Source: Gnetum montanum (lineage: Eukaryota; Plantae; Gnetophyta). From it: 64,000 bases of DNA. The stretch spans positions 1-64,000 of the forward strand of contig MNCI01001480.1 in assembly GCA_015680685.1 (NCBI GenBank), in the 5' to 3' direction. The notes under the pieces were generated by a model that saw nothing but the letters and a program-made list of their open reading frames with translations, searched no databases and was not told the origin of the DNA. This document shows, piece by piece, positions 1 through 12,800 of the stretch; within the stretch, counting starts at the first letter, position 1, and every line of letters starts with the position of its first letter. Both the position numbers and the translations under genes were made by a program.

Positions 1-870
1 GAGCAAGCCAAGAAAATTGACTAGAAAGCTGCTCGAATCCTTTGCCGGGGTTGTTTCCTGCAGAAAGCTACAGTTGTTCGTTCGTGGCTGTGTCAGATAT
101 ATGTTAAACTCCAACTATGAACATGCAACCTGAGGCTGTCCAGATATATGTGACGGAGTTTCATTTCTTGTGAAAATTGCATGTTTTGCAAGGTACCTCT
201 TGAATTTGAGCCTCCAGAGTTAGCTTACTGTCAACCTCAACTTGGGAGTGCTTCTGAAAATAAGAAAAACACAAGCTTCGCCGCTGTGCTATTTCTACCA
301 GGTCAGCAATGTGGTTCTGTCTCATGCAAAAGATGGGCTGTTCCAAATAAGTTTTTATGCTTTTCTTCATTGCAAGATGCCAACAATTTACCAGAAGATA
401 ACATTTTTCTCTGTGAGGGTTCAAGACCTCTATATCCCTTTTGTGGGTTCCATATGCAAAGATTCCTGTCCGATTTTCTGCTCAGCACTTCACTGGTTTA
501 ATTTTCGTCATGATAATGAACTCTTTTTGGGGGCTTTAACTTGCCCCACGTTTGTGAATTTTCTTGACGGATCTCCGTGGCGGGCAATATTTAGGAAAGA
601 AATTACAAGACTGGAAATGCTGCACTTAGCTTTGTCCATCCTTTCCTAAGTTATGAATCAGAAGTGTCTGACAGGATTAATGGCTCTCTGGGCTGTGTAA
701 CCGCAGCTAAAGATTTGAAGCTAGTGGTGCTCAAATGTTGACATGATATATTTCTGATAAGTTTTTAGACCCTTATCATCCTTGAGATGTTGGAAATGAA
801 ACTGTTAGAAATTAATGGGTTTTTGTTTTTATGCACTGAACTAACGGTGCTCCGCAATCTTTTCGTAAGG
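1..870 (-). other. CG/CHG-retaining non-repetitive segment, possibly exons/promoter of a minus-strand gene leaving the window
   Basis: CG, CAG and CTG are frequent here, unlike the decayed TE sequence after ~870. Canonical minus-strand splice signals: TTTTCAG| at 254, exon 253-197, |GTACCT at 196, TTTCTGCAG| at 58. No protein family recognised. Confidence 0.25.
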
Positions 871-3782
871 TGGTTGTTTCTGAGATTTATCATTTATTAT
901 TATTTGAGGAGCAAATCATAAGTAATAAACATTGAAAACTTTGGATTATCTAAAAGCATAAAAGTGGAGGGTGAAAGAATTAAATTGTTTGAGGCAGGGA
1001 AAATTTTTGTTTTATTAGTATAGAGTATACTATAACTATTTAACCTTGGCGAAGTTAGGATAAAGTTGTTTTAAAAGATCTTAATTTGGATAGGGTAGTG
1101 TATGGTTTATTGTTATATCAATTACATATTTAATTTCAAAGAGTTTTATTCAAGTAATGTTACTTTGGAGATGATATTGGTGAATAGGTTGATAACATTG
1201 TTGTGGTATAGTTAGTATGAAAATGATTACTCATACTTTATAGTTCTTTCATTTGATCAATGGATCTTTTCTTTCAAAATCATTGTTTTGGGATTTTTTA
1301 TTAGGCATTGTGCATCTAAAACTCTGAATAGTTATACTTTTATTATTTTAATTATCTTTTGGGATGTTTTGGAGGTATTGTGTGGCTTTAGTTTTCCTCT
1401 TACTTCTTTCCACTTTGAATACTCTAAAGTGAATGTTCATTAAATATATGTGATGATATCATTGTCACATCTTGTATAATTTATGAAAACGATGACAAGA
1501 GTTCATTTTGTGGAGCTTCTTGAGAATTACCTTCAAAATGTTGTGTGCATCATTCCTAACATAATTAGCTACTTGGAAGTTCTTAATATCCTAGAATTAG
1601 AGTCAATGTTTTAAAATTCATTCATTTGACATCTAGGTTTTAAAATAGTTTTTAAATCATTAATTTGGAGTTTTTCTAGGTGTGTGTCTTTTAATTTTTG
1701 ATTTCTTCCAACTTTGAATTGCTCACATCAACTCCCAAATTAAGTCAATAAAAAATTCTTTGCACCAATACCATTGTCTTTTTGTGCCTCAAATGGCCTA
1801 CCTAATGGGTGTTATGACATTCATCAATGAGTTAGGAACACAAAACATATTAGTGTGGAACATAGATTTGATCTTGCTTGTATATGAGTAGACCATCCAC
1901 TTTACTCAATTTCAATTCCTTCCCACCTTGGACTAGCTTCAACAACTTGTGAGCATGTTGATCATGATGTGGTTTGTCCTTAATTTTTTCCCAAGTTTAG
2001 CTATTTGTGTTCTTGCAAAAATACTCTCACAAATCTACAAGGATAACCACACAAAGCACATGTTCAAGTGTATGATATGTGGTTGTAAACTATCTTCGAA
2101 ATGATATAACCTTTGATCAATCAACGATAACGAAATCATGGGTACTAACTTGTATTTGAATACGGACTTGGCCTATTGATCAAGATTAGAATTGATAGAG
2201 ATACAAATAAGTATTGATAACTTGGTGATGAATTTAATGTAATGCAAGCTATGCACGATAAAAATATCAACAATATAAATGTACTTAGAATAAGTAAGAA
2301 GCCCAAAATGAATAAGAGATGAGAGATCAATATGTGGAAAAGAATTTGGCTTTTCCTTCCCAATAAACAAAATGCTTTGTTGAACAAACTGATAGACAAA
2401 GTTTGCTTCTTAGGGAGGGCCAAGAGTTACAATGGTGTGAAGTACAAATTGTAAATTTAAATGGAAAATTGGGACTCAATTCATAAGCAAAAAGAGGATT
2501 TAAATGATGGAATTTAATATGGGTTTATAGATGAATGGAGGATACATCGACGTTATTCAAAGTTGATTTGAGGTTGAAATAAGGTCATTTTTGAGTACCA
2601 TCCTACAAGTGATGCTAATGCTCTAGTAGGTAATGCTGATGTTGTGTTAGCATCTCTACATGTGCTACCAGTGACATAGGTGCCAGGACTAATCTCAAGG
2701 ATTGTAGAGGATGCTAGGCTGGTTAAGGAGCTTGTAGGTGATGCAGTTGATGCATTTACTAGCACTATAGATCTTTAGAAATTTGAAAAGTGCTCTCAAT
2801 CAAGAAGTAGGTCTCGATTTGATGTTTAAGCCTGGTATTTATAGGCTTATGATTTCTACAAAATCATTTGGAGTTAGGTGCAATCAACTCAGAGTTCATT
2901 TTTACTTGAAGTGCATGCTAGGTTCAAGTGATGGTTATGACATAGATAGGTGACACAAAGATACCAATGTTATATCAACGTCACTTGCATCTACATAAGT
3001 TGATGCTATGTACTTCAAATTGTAAATCTAGGACCTTAAGGATCATTGTGAATGCCTAAACTGATGTCAAATGTTTTTGAGACAATGTCAAATGGACCCT
3101 TAGGGTTAGATGAAACTCAAAAACAATATTTGAAATTAAGTTCTTGTATTATGGTGTTTAGGTGGTGTTGGTAGGTGATATTGACATTGTGTGAGCATCA
3201 CCTAAGCATCATGGGATCAAAACATGTTACCATGTGTATTCTAAAACCCACAAAATTGTCAAAATTGATGTCATTTGCCTTAGGAATGCTATAGACCGAT
3301 TGTGGGAGGTTTGACAGAGGTGAAATTGAGCTTGAAAGGCAAGTTTTTGGCATTGGAAAGGCAAGTCATGTTGTGTAGGTAACGTTGATGTTGTATCAAT
3401 ATCACTTGGATGGGATTTGTTGTTTTAGGCCTTTGCATGCTATCAAAATTATTGAAATTAATACCTATCATCTTGAGGGTGATGTGGACTAGTCATTGGA
3501 GGTTTAGTGAGGCTTAAAGCATGGTCTAGAGATGAGTTTCTTGGCAGTAAAAGGTAGGTGATGTTGGATAGGTGATGTTGAGGTTGTGTTAGCATTAGCT
3601 AGTATCACTTAGCCAAGATACCCCATTTTAATCTTTTGAAAGCTACCAAAAGTACTCAAATTGATGTCTCTCCTTTGGGACATGGTTAGGGTAACCCACT
3701 ATAAGCCTTTAAAAGCTCAAAATACTATTGGTGATGGAATTTTAAGGGGTATATTGATGGTCCAAGTAGATGCGACAATGTT

Positions 3783-6700
3783 TGATGAGGAGCTTAGATG
3801 GATTTCACAATCCAAGCTCTCTCAAAGTTACAAAACAACAAACATTGGAGAGATATTACATTGACTTGTTTGATATCCACATTAGCACCCTTCTCCTTAA
3901 AAAGACTCTTGATTTCCATACAAGAGACCTTTACACTTGGAAGAGCTATTAACCCCTCACAGAGGCCACAAGTCACACACAAACCAAATCACAACACACA
4001 TGGAATGGGTAGAGCTCATAACATCTGTCTCTACTATCCAAACGTATTTCACAAAAAAATATAAACACAACAAAATGTATGCATGACACACATAAACACA
4101 TACATATACATACATTAGCATAGTTTTGTGCTTACATCACAATGGATAAATTCGTGAAAGAAGGGTGGATATGGTCTTTTCCCTCAAAGGCTTCACCATG
4201 CTTCCATTTTAGGAGCACCAAATTCCATGTTTGTCTTCCATGACCTCTTCATGACTTCTCCCATTCATCTTTGGTTCAACTTGATCTCCAACATATGGCT
4301 ATCCAATCTCATCAAAGCTTAAAGGTTCAGGATTCCAAATAGGAGTTTCTGATTCGAATGGCTTGTCCTCTTCAAATGAATCATCAACAAGCTCTTCATC
4401 CCATTTTTGGAGGTACCAACTCAAAAGGTAAACTCTCACCCATGGTGTTAACATTAGTTTCATTAAAAACATCATCAAAGAAATCATTCTTCCACATGCC
4501 TTGGCTAGTAGATTCATCTATCTCCCATGAGATAGCCTCAATTTGGCTTAGAATCGCATGTCCCTTGCCACAAGATATAGAAAAATTGCAAAAAGATATG
4601 AGAATCATACATTCTAATGATTCCTTTGATCCTTCTTGGAAAAGTTCCTTGATCTTAGTATCTCTTTTGGCTTTGATCCTTCACCCTCCATGATTCATGA
4701 GGTAGGAACTCTCTTTGATCAGTGGCATACACCATCTTGAATCTTAAAGATATCTTAATCCCTTTGATGAAGCTCTTGGTTCCCTCTCTTCAAACCTTTG
4801 AGTATTGAACATTCCTTTGCTCGATAAGAGATACTTGAGAACTCATTTTTTCATTGATTTCTACATCATAAGATCTTTTTTGATTTCTCACTTCCTTGAT
4901 TAACATTCACATTTTCCATAAAAATGCAAGAATTAATTTCTATTGCATCTTAAATCACAAGAAATTTACCTTCATTGGAAGATTCTTCCTTTTCTGAGAC
5001 TTGGAGTTCTTTTTTCTTGGAAACCTTTAGCATATTACACCCCCATTATTTGTGTCCCTTTTCACCATAATTGAAACATTGAAGGTTGGATGCATAGCCA
5101 TTCCCTTGACCCTTTCCATTATTAGAGTAGTCTTTCTTGGCATCTTGACCCTCCTTGAGCTTCTCTTGCTTCTTCTTTGGCAATTTCCTTCTCCTTGGCT
5201 CTTTCTCACCTTTAGAAGCTTTGGAGTCCTTGCATTTAGAAAATTTTGTACCTCTATTGTATCCTTGGATTTTCTTTCTAGCCTTAAGAGCTAATTCAAA
5301 AGCCTCATCTAATGTTTAAGCCTCATAGAAGGTTAGCTCTTGTTGATACTCCCTTTTAATTCCTCCTTAAAAGTTAAGTTCTTGTTCATAATCATTCCAA
5401 TGAACTTTTGCAAGATGAAAAGCTTTACAAAAATCCATGTAGTAGTCCTTCACACTCTTATCACCTTGCCTTAGGTACTTCAATTTTTGGATGGCCTCTT
5501 ATCTATGATGAGTCTTCTCAAATTTTTGCTTGAGCATGAATTACATTAAAGACCAATCCTTTATAGGAGTACCCTTGTTCACCTTGTTACAACGACTTTC
5601 CTTCTTCCACCATACAAGTACCATGCCTTTCAATTTGGTTTCATCATAAAATACCTTTTTATGATTTTCCACATCTTCAAGTTCAAAGTACTTGTTAATC
5701 ATGTTCAGCTAAGAGAGGAAATATTTAGTTCTTTACATGTCATTGAAGGATTTGACTTCAACATGAGGCATCCTTGAAGCATATCTGAAAGCTTTTGCAA
5801 GAGTGACTTCAACTCCTTCACCTTACTTTCTTTGAGGCTTAGAAGGAATTTTATTTTCCCCTTTCCTAGGAAAAATGAAACCTAGAGATCTATTTTTAGC
5901 AATAGGAGCATGAAGAAAAACATCATCTTGAGCTTCTCCTTCTCCAAAGTATTCATCTTCAAGGGGTGACATTGAGGAATGTCTTTAAGAAGGTCTTGAT
6001 AAAGAATTGCATGAATTGTACCCTTGCTTGGATGATTTTGGTGAAGTAGCATGTCCTTTGTTCTCTTCAAGCTTTTCCATTTTCCTAACAATAAGCTTGA
6101 GACCATTTCTCATGTCATCCATGTCTCTTGATAAAGCTTGAACTATCTTCTTCTTTGGAGGCATGATGGAAATTGATCTAAAAGGTAATTTTTACAAAAT
6201 TCTACAAGGAAAGGTGAAATTTTAAAGATTTCTCAAGGAATGAGATAATAAGTTCTTAGATCTTAAGAGAAATGAATATAAGATCTTCAAACCCTAGCTA
6301 TTACAAACCAGTTGGTGTCCAATTACACAATAATCTTCTAATTGTTGAGAGATATGACAAACTTAAGGATCAAAGGGAAATTTCAAACCCTAGGATGAGT
6401 AGAACAAGTAGCAAGAGAGGAATCATCCAAGTTTAAGAATTTGGAGTGATTTTTTGTAGTTAAGATGAGAATTATTTAGTTGAATGTAATTGGCTTCAAT
6501 TCCAAGTTGCTCTAATACCAATATGATGAGGATCTCCCATGGATTCCATAATCCAAGCTCTCTCAAAGTTAAAAAATAATAAATTTAAACAAGAAAAGGA
6601 AAATGAAAGCTTTATTCTTGTTCAAATGAAGAATTTAGATATGAAAGAAAGTGTAAATTCCCAAGGATAGACAAGAGATTCAATCAAACTCTCACATACT

Positions 6701-7214
6701 CAAACAAAGCAATCACACACATACAAGGATGATGATCAAGGCACCTTGACAAGACTATATCTCTTATTCTACTATTCTTTCAATTCCCTAGACTTTGTCT
6801 TGACCCAAATGAGGGCTTAAGAGGTCTATTTATATCCTTCCCTCTTGTCTCTTCATCTTCCCTCTTTAATTTCAAATTTAAATGTTTAAAAACATGTAGG
6901 AAATTATCTCATATCCTTCTGGGATGTTTTAGAGGAGAATGGGACATCTCACCCAAAAGTAGCTATTAATAGCTAGGATGTCCTATAATCATATTGGATG
7001 TCTTGGCTGGGATATCTCACCTATTAGGGAAAAATACAAAGATTCTTGTTTTGAGGTCTAGAATCTGTAGACATCTCCAACCAAGTTCCCATAGCTCTTG
7101 GAACCTCCTAAACTCATCAAAATAGTGCCAAAACGCTCCAAAACATGCCAAAACTCCAAGGAAAGATCCCATCATTGGGGAGACATTACATTGGCCTATT
7201 TGATGTTCACATCA
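3783..7214 (-). mobile_element. Element F: small gag-only (TR-GAG-like) LTR retroelement nested in E's 3' LTR
   Basis: 5' LTR 6524-7214, PBS TGGTATTAGAGC 6520-6509, PPT TTAAGGAGAAGGGTGC at 3900-3885, internally deleted 3' LTR 3783-3884. The E LTR sequence resumes after ~7220. Confidence 0.8.
4150..6164 (-). pseudogene. Element F gag remnant with zinc knuckle
   Basis: MPPKKKIVQALSRDM start, LRQGDKSVKDYYMDF (~5470), decayed CCHC knuckle CFNYGEKGHK*WGC (~5080-5035), acidic C-terminal region. No pol motifs before the PPT. Confidence 0.75.
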
Positions 7215-7419
7215 TTATCAAAGCAACACTTTTCATGGTCACTGAGGTACCAAAAAATTAGGTACAAAATTATTCTCTTTTGATGGATGCTACTAAGATG
7301 TTGAAGGAGGATCCATTAAGAAAAAGGTTGATGATAACTTGGTGATATACTTGTAAAGGAAAGGAGCAGAAATAAAAACAAGATAAGGGGATCCTGTTAA
7401 GATATTGCCAATAAACTAA

Positions 7420-7955
7420 TTATGAGAATGATGTTGTGCCACAGGGAGGGATATGAATAAATCCTACACATAAGATGGTTTACTAGGATGTCATTAATTA
7501 GTGTTCACATCCTATCATACTCAAACTCTCAACACACCCTCCCTATCATAGAGTAGAGTTGCTTAATCCTTACTAATGTGTTAATGAGAGGAAGGAAAAT
7601 AGATAGGAAGGGATATCTAATGAGGAATGGAGAACCATGTGAGAGGAGAGATGAAGGAAAAATTTATAAAATCAAGAAAATAATAAACTTAGAAAAGAAA
7701 TGAGGAACATCACTTATACATCAAGTTAATGTGCTATGCCACAAAAGTGGGGTATGACTAGGTTCCACACTTTAATGATATTAATGATTGATGATTTGAT
7801 AAATTTTCTCCATATCCCACTCAAACTTAACACACATTTTCATGGAGTAAAAAAGGTAGGATACTCATAGCTCTTTGCATGAGGTAGATCACTTCCAAAT
7901 ATCCTTATCATAGTGTGCTAATTAGAAGAAATAGTGTGCTAATTAGAAGAAATAC
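7420..7955. repeat. Two diverged ~300-bp tandem units in E's 3' region plus a 21-bp exact duplication (7910-7951)
   Basis: 7428-7540 aligns with 7728-7840; ATAGTGTGCTAATTAGAAGAA occurs twice. Confidence 0.55.
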
Positions 7956-8042
7956 TAATAGGCTGAGATAAGTAGAGAGTGGAAGTATAGATGAAGTTTC
8001 ATGGGAGAGATATTAGAAGATTAATAGGATGTTAGAAGAATA

Positions 8043-8044
<2 letters not shown>

Positions 8045-8085
<41 letters not shown>
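8045..8085. repeat. (AG)20 microsatellite
   Basis: Perfect AG run. Confidence 0.98.
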
Positions 8086-8089
<4 letters not shown>

Positions 8090-8457
8090 ATGCAATAAAA
8101 CATAGGTGAGATGAAAGATGAGGGTTAGAGAAAACTTGATTAATTTTTTAAAAATAAAGTACTTTTTGAGACATGCTTAGTTGAATAAATTTGGGTATTG
8201 ATTCCCATTTGAAGCTACTAGATAATATGCTTCATTTATAAGGTTTTTGATGATGATGAAGAAACCTTCCTAGTTTTAAGAGGAAGTTTTGACATTTGGG
8301 AAATGTTGCAAAACTAGGTCACCTTATTTGATGTCTTTCAGTCTAACATGTCTATTATGATGAATGTGCATAGCTTCTTGGTGATTTTTTTTGAGAGAAT
8401 GTTCGGGTATGTATTACTGAAGTATGGTACACGAGTATACAATTACAAGTGGGGGGG

Positions 8458-8577
8458 NNNNNNNNNNNNNNNNNNNNNNNNNNNNNNNNNNNNNNNNNNN
8501 NNNNNNNNNNNNNNNNNNNNNNNNNNNNNNNNNNNNNNNNNNNNNNNNNNNNNNNNNNNNNNNNNNNNNNNNNNNNN
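8458..8577. other. Assembly gap
   Basis: N run. Confidence 1.
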
Positions 8578-9299
8578 AAAGCCCCAACAACAACAAGAAG
8601 GGGTGATTTTGAATGTTAAGTATTGCTTGTGATTCACTTCAAGAATGTATAGCTTGACACAATGCATTTTATCATTCTTCTCATTCATCATCCAATTATT
8701 CAAGACTCCATGAAGAGATGACACATTTACTTTCATTGAAAATAATGCTTTAGATTCATAAGTCAACATGAATGGAATTTGAATAGTTATATTTTAGAAG
8801 GTTATTCAGTAGATCCAATGCACATGGGATTTGGTATGCTAGTTTTATTAGGATTGGTGAACCATGATTTTGAGGAAATAGATAAGGGATTTATTAGTTG
8901 ACTCACCTTAATCATTGGATTGGGGGTAGTATGGAGATGAAAATGATTAGGTAATTTGATATTGATCATAGAATTTAGTGACTTCTTTGGTCTTGATTTA
9001 AGGTTTGTTATTGATGATGATGTGGAGGGGAATACCAAACTAGAAAAATAGAGCAACAAACTAATATAAATAGCTAGGATTATTGAAAATATGAATTACA
9101 ATTAAAAAATCAAATAAAATATAAATAAAAAATGAAAAGAGAGATGAGATTCTTAGAGTGGTTATGCCTTGGTGATGACATTTTTATCCTATAATCTAGT
9201 AGGACGTTTTATACTTTTGATAGATTCAATGATGTCTACTTTTTGAAATCCTAGATCTATGAATTCATACATATTAGATGATCAAGGACTACTAGCATT

Positions 9300-12200
9300 A
9301 GCCTCACTATTTTCTTTCATTAATGAAGTTTCTCCTATTAATATAGGTTGGGATCCTAGGCTAGTTTCTATTAAGATATCAAGATAAAATATAGAAGCCA
9401 CTTTAGGATTTGTGCATATAACTATTTTCCTATCTTGACATAGCAAATGTATCTCTTGATGTACAAGTAAGGAAACAATGTGATGGTAAGTCAATCAAGG
9501 CCTATCTAGGATAGCATTAATGCGAAACGAATTTTAATAATAGTAAAAATTGCCTTAGATGCAATAAAAGCCTACTAAGAAAGAAAAGTTTATCACTCTA
9601 TGATTTCTACTTTAGTTCTACTAAATGAAAGTAGAGAGGAGTTATATTTGGAGTACAGGACCTATGTTTCAAGGTCAAAAAACTTGATGACTATCCATAA
9701 AATGACTTTGGTTCTAGCTCCATCATCTATATGCACCAAGGATAGTACCATGTTATCCCTAATATGTATTGTAATGTAGATGGAAAACTAACACATGATA
9801 CCCATAAGAAGATGAGTCTTGATGTTCTCCACTTTTCAAAACAAACAATCATCTTTATACCCTAGAGCATTGAGCACAAATCAAATTGCTTGGACTTGAG
9901 GTTAAATGTCTACTGGTACTATGATGGATTTGAGAAGATCCTTTAATGATAAATTATTTTCCTTAGATGTCAAGATGAGGTTGAAGAAAGAAAGAGATTC
10001 ATTTTTTTGATTTCATTATTACCATGATTTGAGGTAAGAACTATCCTCTAGGGGTTCCATTCTTAGGGGTTGGTACTAGAGGAATGAAGTCTAATGCAAG
10101 AGAAGTTGGTATAATGATAGGATTAGGGGAAGTTGTGCTTGTTGCAAATTTGATAGAGACATTGTTCTTACTTTAAGAGGTTATTTAGGTGCTTATTCTT
10201 TCTCCTTCTTCTTATTATTTGTTGTTGCTTCCTTTTGATCCTAGAAGAAGATCCTAATAGAAGATGTAGAAAGAAAAGATGGTTCTTGTAACTTAGATGG
10301 AGAAGAAGGAAGTGATGGTGGAGAAAAAACATAAGGTAATATAGGATGATAATCAATGAGAGAAGATGACATAGGTAAAGGTAATTAGTTCCTTAAAGAA
10401 GATGAAGGATAACTGAATGGGGGGGGGGGGGGTTTGAGCATGTAGAAGCTTCATTGTAATGGGGTGTCATGTCAATGAAAAATAGAGTTCTCTATACATT
10501 TTGGGATGCATATGTGTTAGAATTACTTCAAGGGAGATTAATAACAAAGGGAAATTTGGGTTTTGGTTAATTTAAATGAGTAAAAATGGAAGAATCATGT
10601 TGGGATGGATTCATTTGGATGACAAAGGAGGTCTTAGAATTATTACTTATGAACTCCAAGTAAAAAGTAGAGATCCTTCTTGAATGAGTTTTCAAAGAAT
10701 CTTGCAAGATCTACATATCTTAGTTGCTAGGTTGCACCAAAATATTAAAAACTATTTTTCCTTTCCCCACTAGCCCCTAGACATCATATTTGAGGGCATT
10801 GAAATTATCAATATTGTGCCATGTATCCTAATGTTGATAACAAAATTTGTTAGAATTATACCACTTTGATATAGGTGGATCTACTTCCACTCATTGAAAA
10901 AGATTAGTGATCAATGTTTGGAATCTCTTTAATTATGTTCTTGTCTATTCAAATACTTATTTTGGTATGATGTACACATCCTTTAGTAAATTTTTATACA
11001 ACTGTATGTAGGTCATCAAAAACTTATGATATTTTAACATGTTCTTATGTGATTTTCTTTGTTGGTCTTCATTTGATGAGTTTCACCTAATGTTGTTATT
11101 TTTTGAATTTTTACTTTTATTCCTCCATTATTTTATGATGAAACTAATGAAGTTTATTTTATTGAAGCCATCCTTTTTCTTACATTATGAGAGCCTTTCT
11201 CCTTATTAGCATCATTTTTAGCCTTGCTGTAAAAGTTTATTCATTCATGATCATTATATTAAATAGTCACCTCCTCGATGTGTTTAGTAGAAGTAATGAT
11301 ATTATGGGGGTCACGTGGCCTAGGGTAGACTACCTTACTCTTGATTTATTTGTTGATAGATTTCTAAAAACTATTTAATAGTTGCTTATTAGATAATGAA
11401 TGAGTAAGTTACATTGTTACTAAATTCATTCGGTGATGCACTTAGAGATAAATTTAGTATAAGCCTATTTGATGGTTAAGAGTTTTTTTTTAGTGTATAT
11501 CTTTGTTGATATTATATTTAAATCTATTCACAAAGGCTATAAAGAGTTACCATAAGGAGGTGATGAACCCATGAAGAAGGATTTGGTATCATTCAAATGC
11601 TTTACCTATTAGTGAGTTTGATAAGTTCATTATGGTATGAAGATAATTTTCCAAAAGCATTTACTAATTACAAAATATGATAACATGATTAGTAGGATTA
11701 GGTTTCGCATAGTATTTAGTAAAATTTATTTGGTAATAAAACCCCTTGGGAATTTAAGCAGGTTGGATCAATGGACTAAGAGGATCAACAATGAGATGCA
11801 TGATAGAAATTGTAGGACTTTTTCCATGTAGTATTATGGCTTTATGACTTTGATGCTCATCAGCTTGTAGCCTTGATAATAGGTCTTGTAGCAAAAACAT
11901 GAGATTAGAAGGCATACTAGGAATGGTTGGCATAACGACATTAACTAAAATGAGGTTATGAATGAGTAACACTAGTTGCAAAGGGAAAATTATGGAGATG
12001 GAAATGGTTTGTGTAATATTATACTATGACAAAGATTGAGAAGGCAAGATGAAAGATAGTAGAAACTATTGTTAGTAAATTGATGGTGTAAGAGATAACT
12101 ATTAAAAAATATTCAACAAGGAATTAGGATTTTGAACATACATGTGAGATGTTGGATTAATAGTTATGATGCATGGGAATAGGCTATAACTTGATGAAAA

Positions 12201-12800
12201 AGTAATAGTGAAAGGATCAATAGCAACTAAAGTAGTTGAAGTAGTAGTTACAAGGTAAATTACTTGAAAAATATGTATATTCATTGGATTGACTGAGTTG
12301 ATAAGGCTAACATGCTGAAGGACTAGGCTTGGGAACTATGTAGTGTATTGGTGAAGCAATTTAGTGGATAATAAGATAAGAAGATTATCATCATGATGAT
12401 GATGAATGTTGATGCCACCACCATCTTCACTTTGTTAGTACTAGAATTGATAAATTTATTTAAAGTTGATGTTTGGATGATGCGTCGGGTAATCTAACAT
12501 ATTATATCCTTTTTAGATTTTGATGCTAGTGAAAACTTGGATCTCATTCTTGATGGCAAGATACTCTACCACTATTGTACTCTCAAACTAATCCAACTCA
12601 GTAGGATGGTTGGGATTGGGACATAAAGGTTTCAAATCATTGATTATTTCATAAGTAATTATTTTCCATAGCTTGTTTTCAGATAATATGATGTTCAACT
12701 CCCATTTGATGCTTGTGATTTTGTAGTTATGTTTGGATATGAGTGTTGTGAGTACTTGGACATTCCTCATATTCATTAGTCTATGAACTTAGGATCTTTT
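9300..12800 (-). pseudogene. Element E gag-protease remnant
   Basis: gag ..GFITSLW*LFIAFVNRFKYNINK (~11580-11500). Protease IYITIHIRDNMVLSLVHIDDGARTKVI (~9780-9700) and AILDRP*L (~9510, from LLGRPWL). Confidence 0.7.

Noticed and set aside
181-649. Plus-strand ORFs of 106 and 135 aa as genes
   Set aside because: Overlapping, Cys/Phe-rich, no recognisable motif; likely chance ORFs.
870-1740. AT-rich stretch as continuation of A integrase
   Set aside because: No integrase core motifs found; left unassigned.
3778-7219. TSD for element F (ATGTT / TTATC)
   Set aside because: Too mismatched to count as evidence; boundaries rest on LTR, PBS, PPT and host continuity instead.
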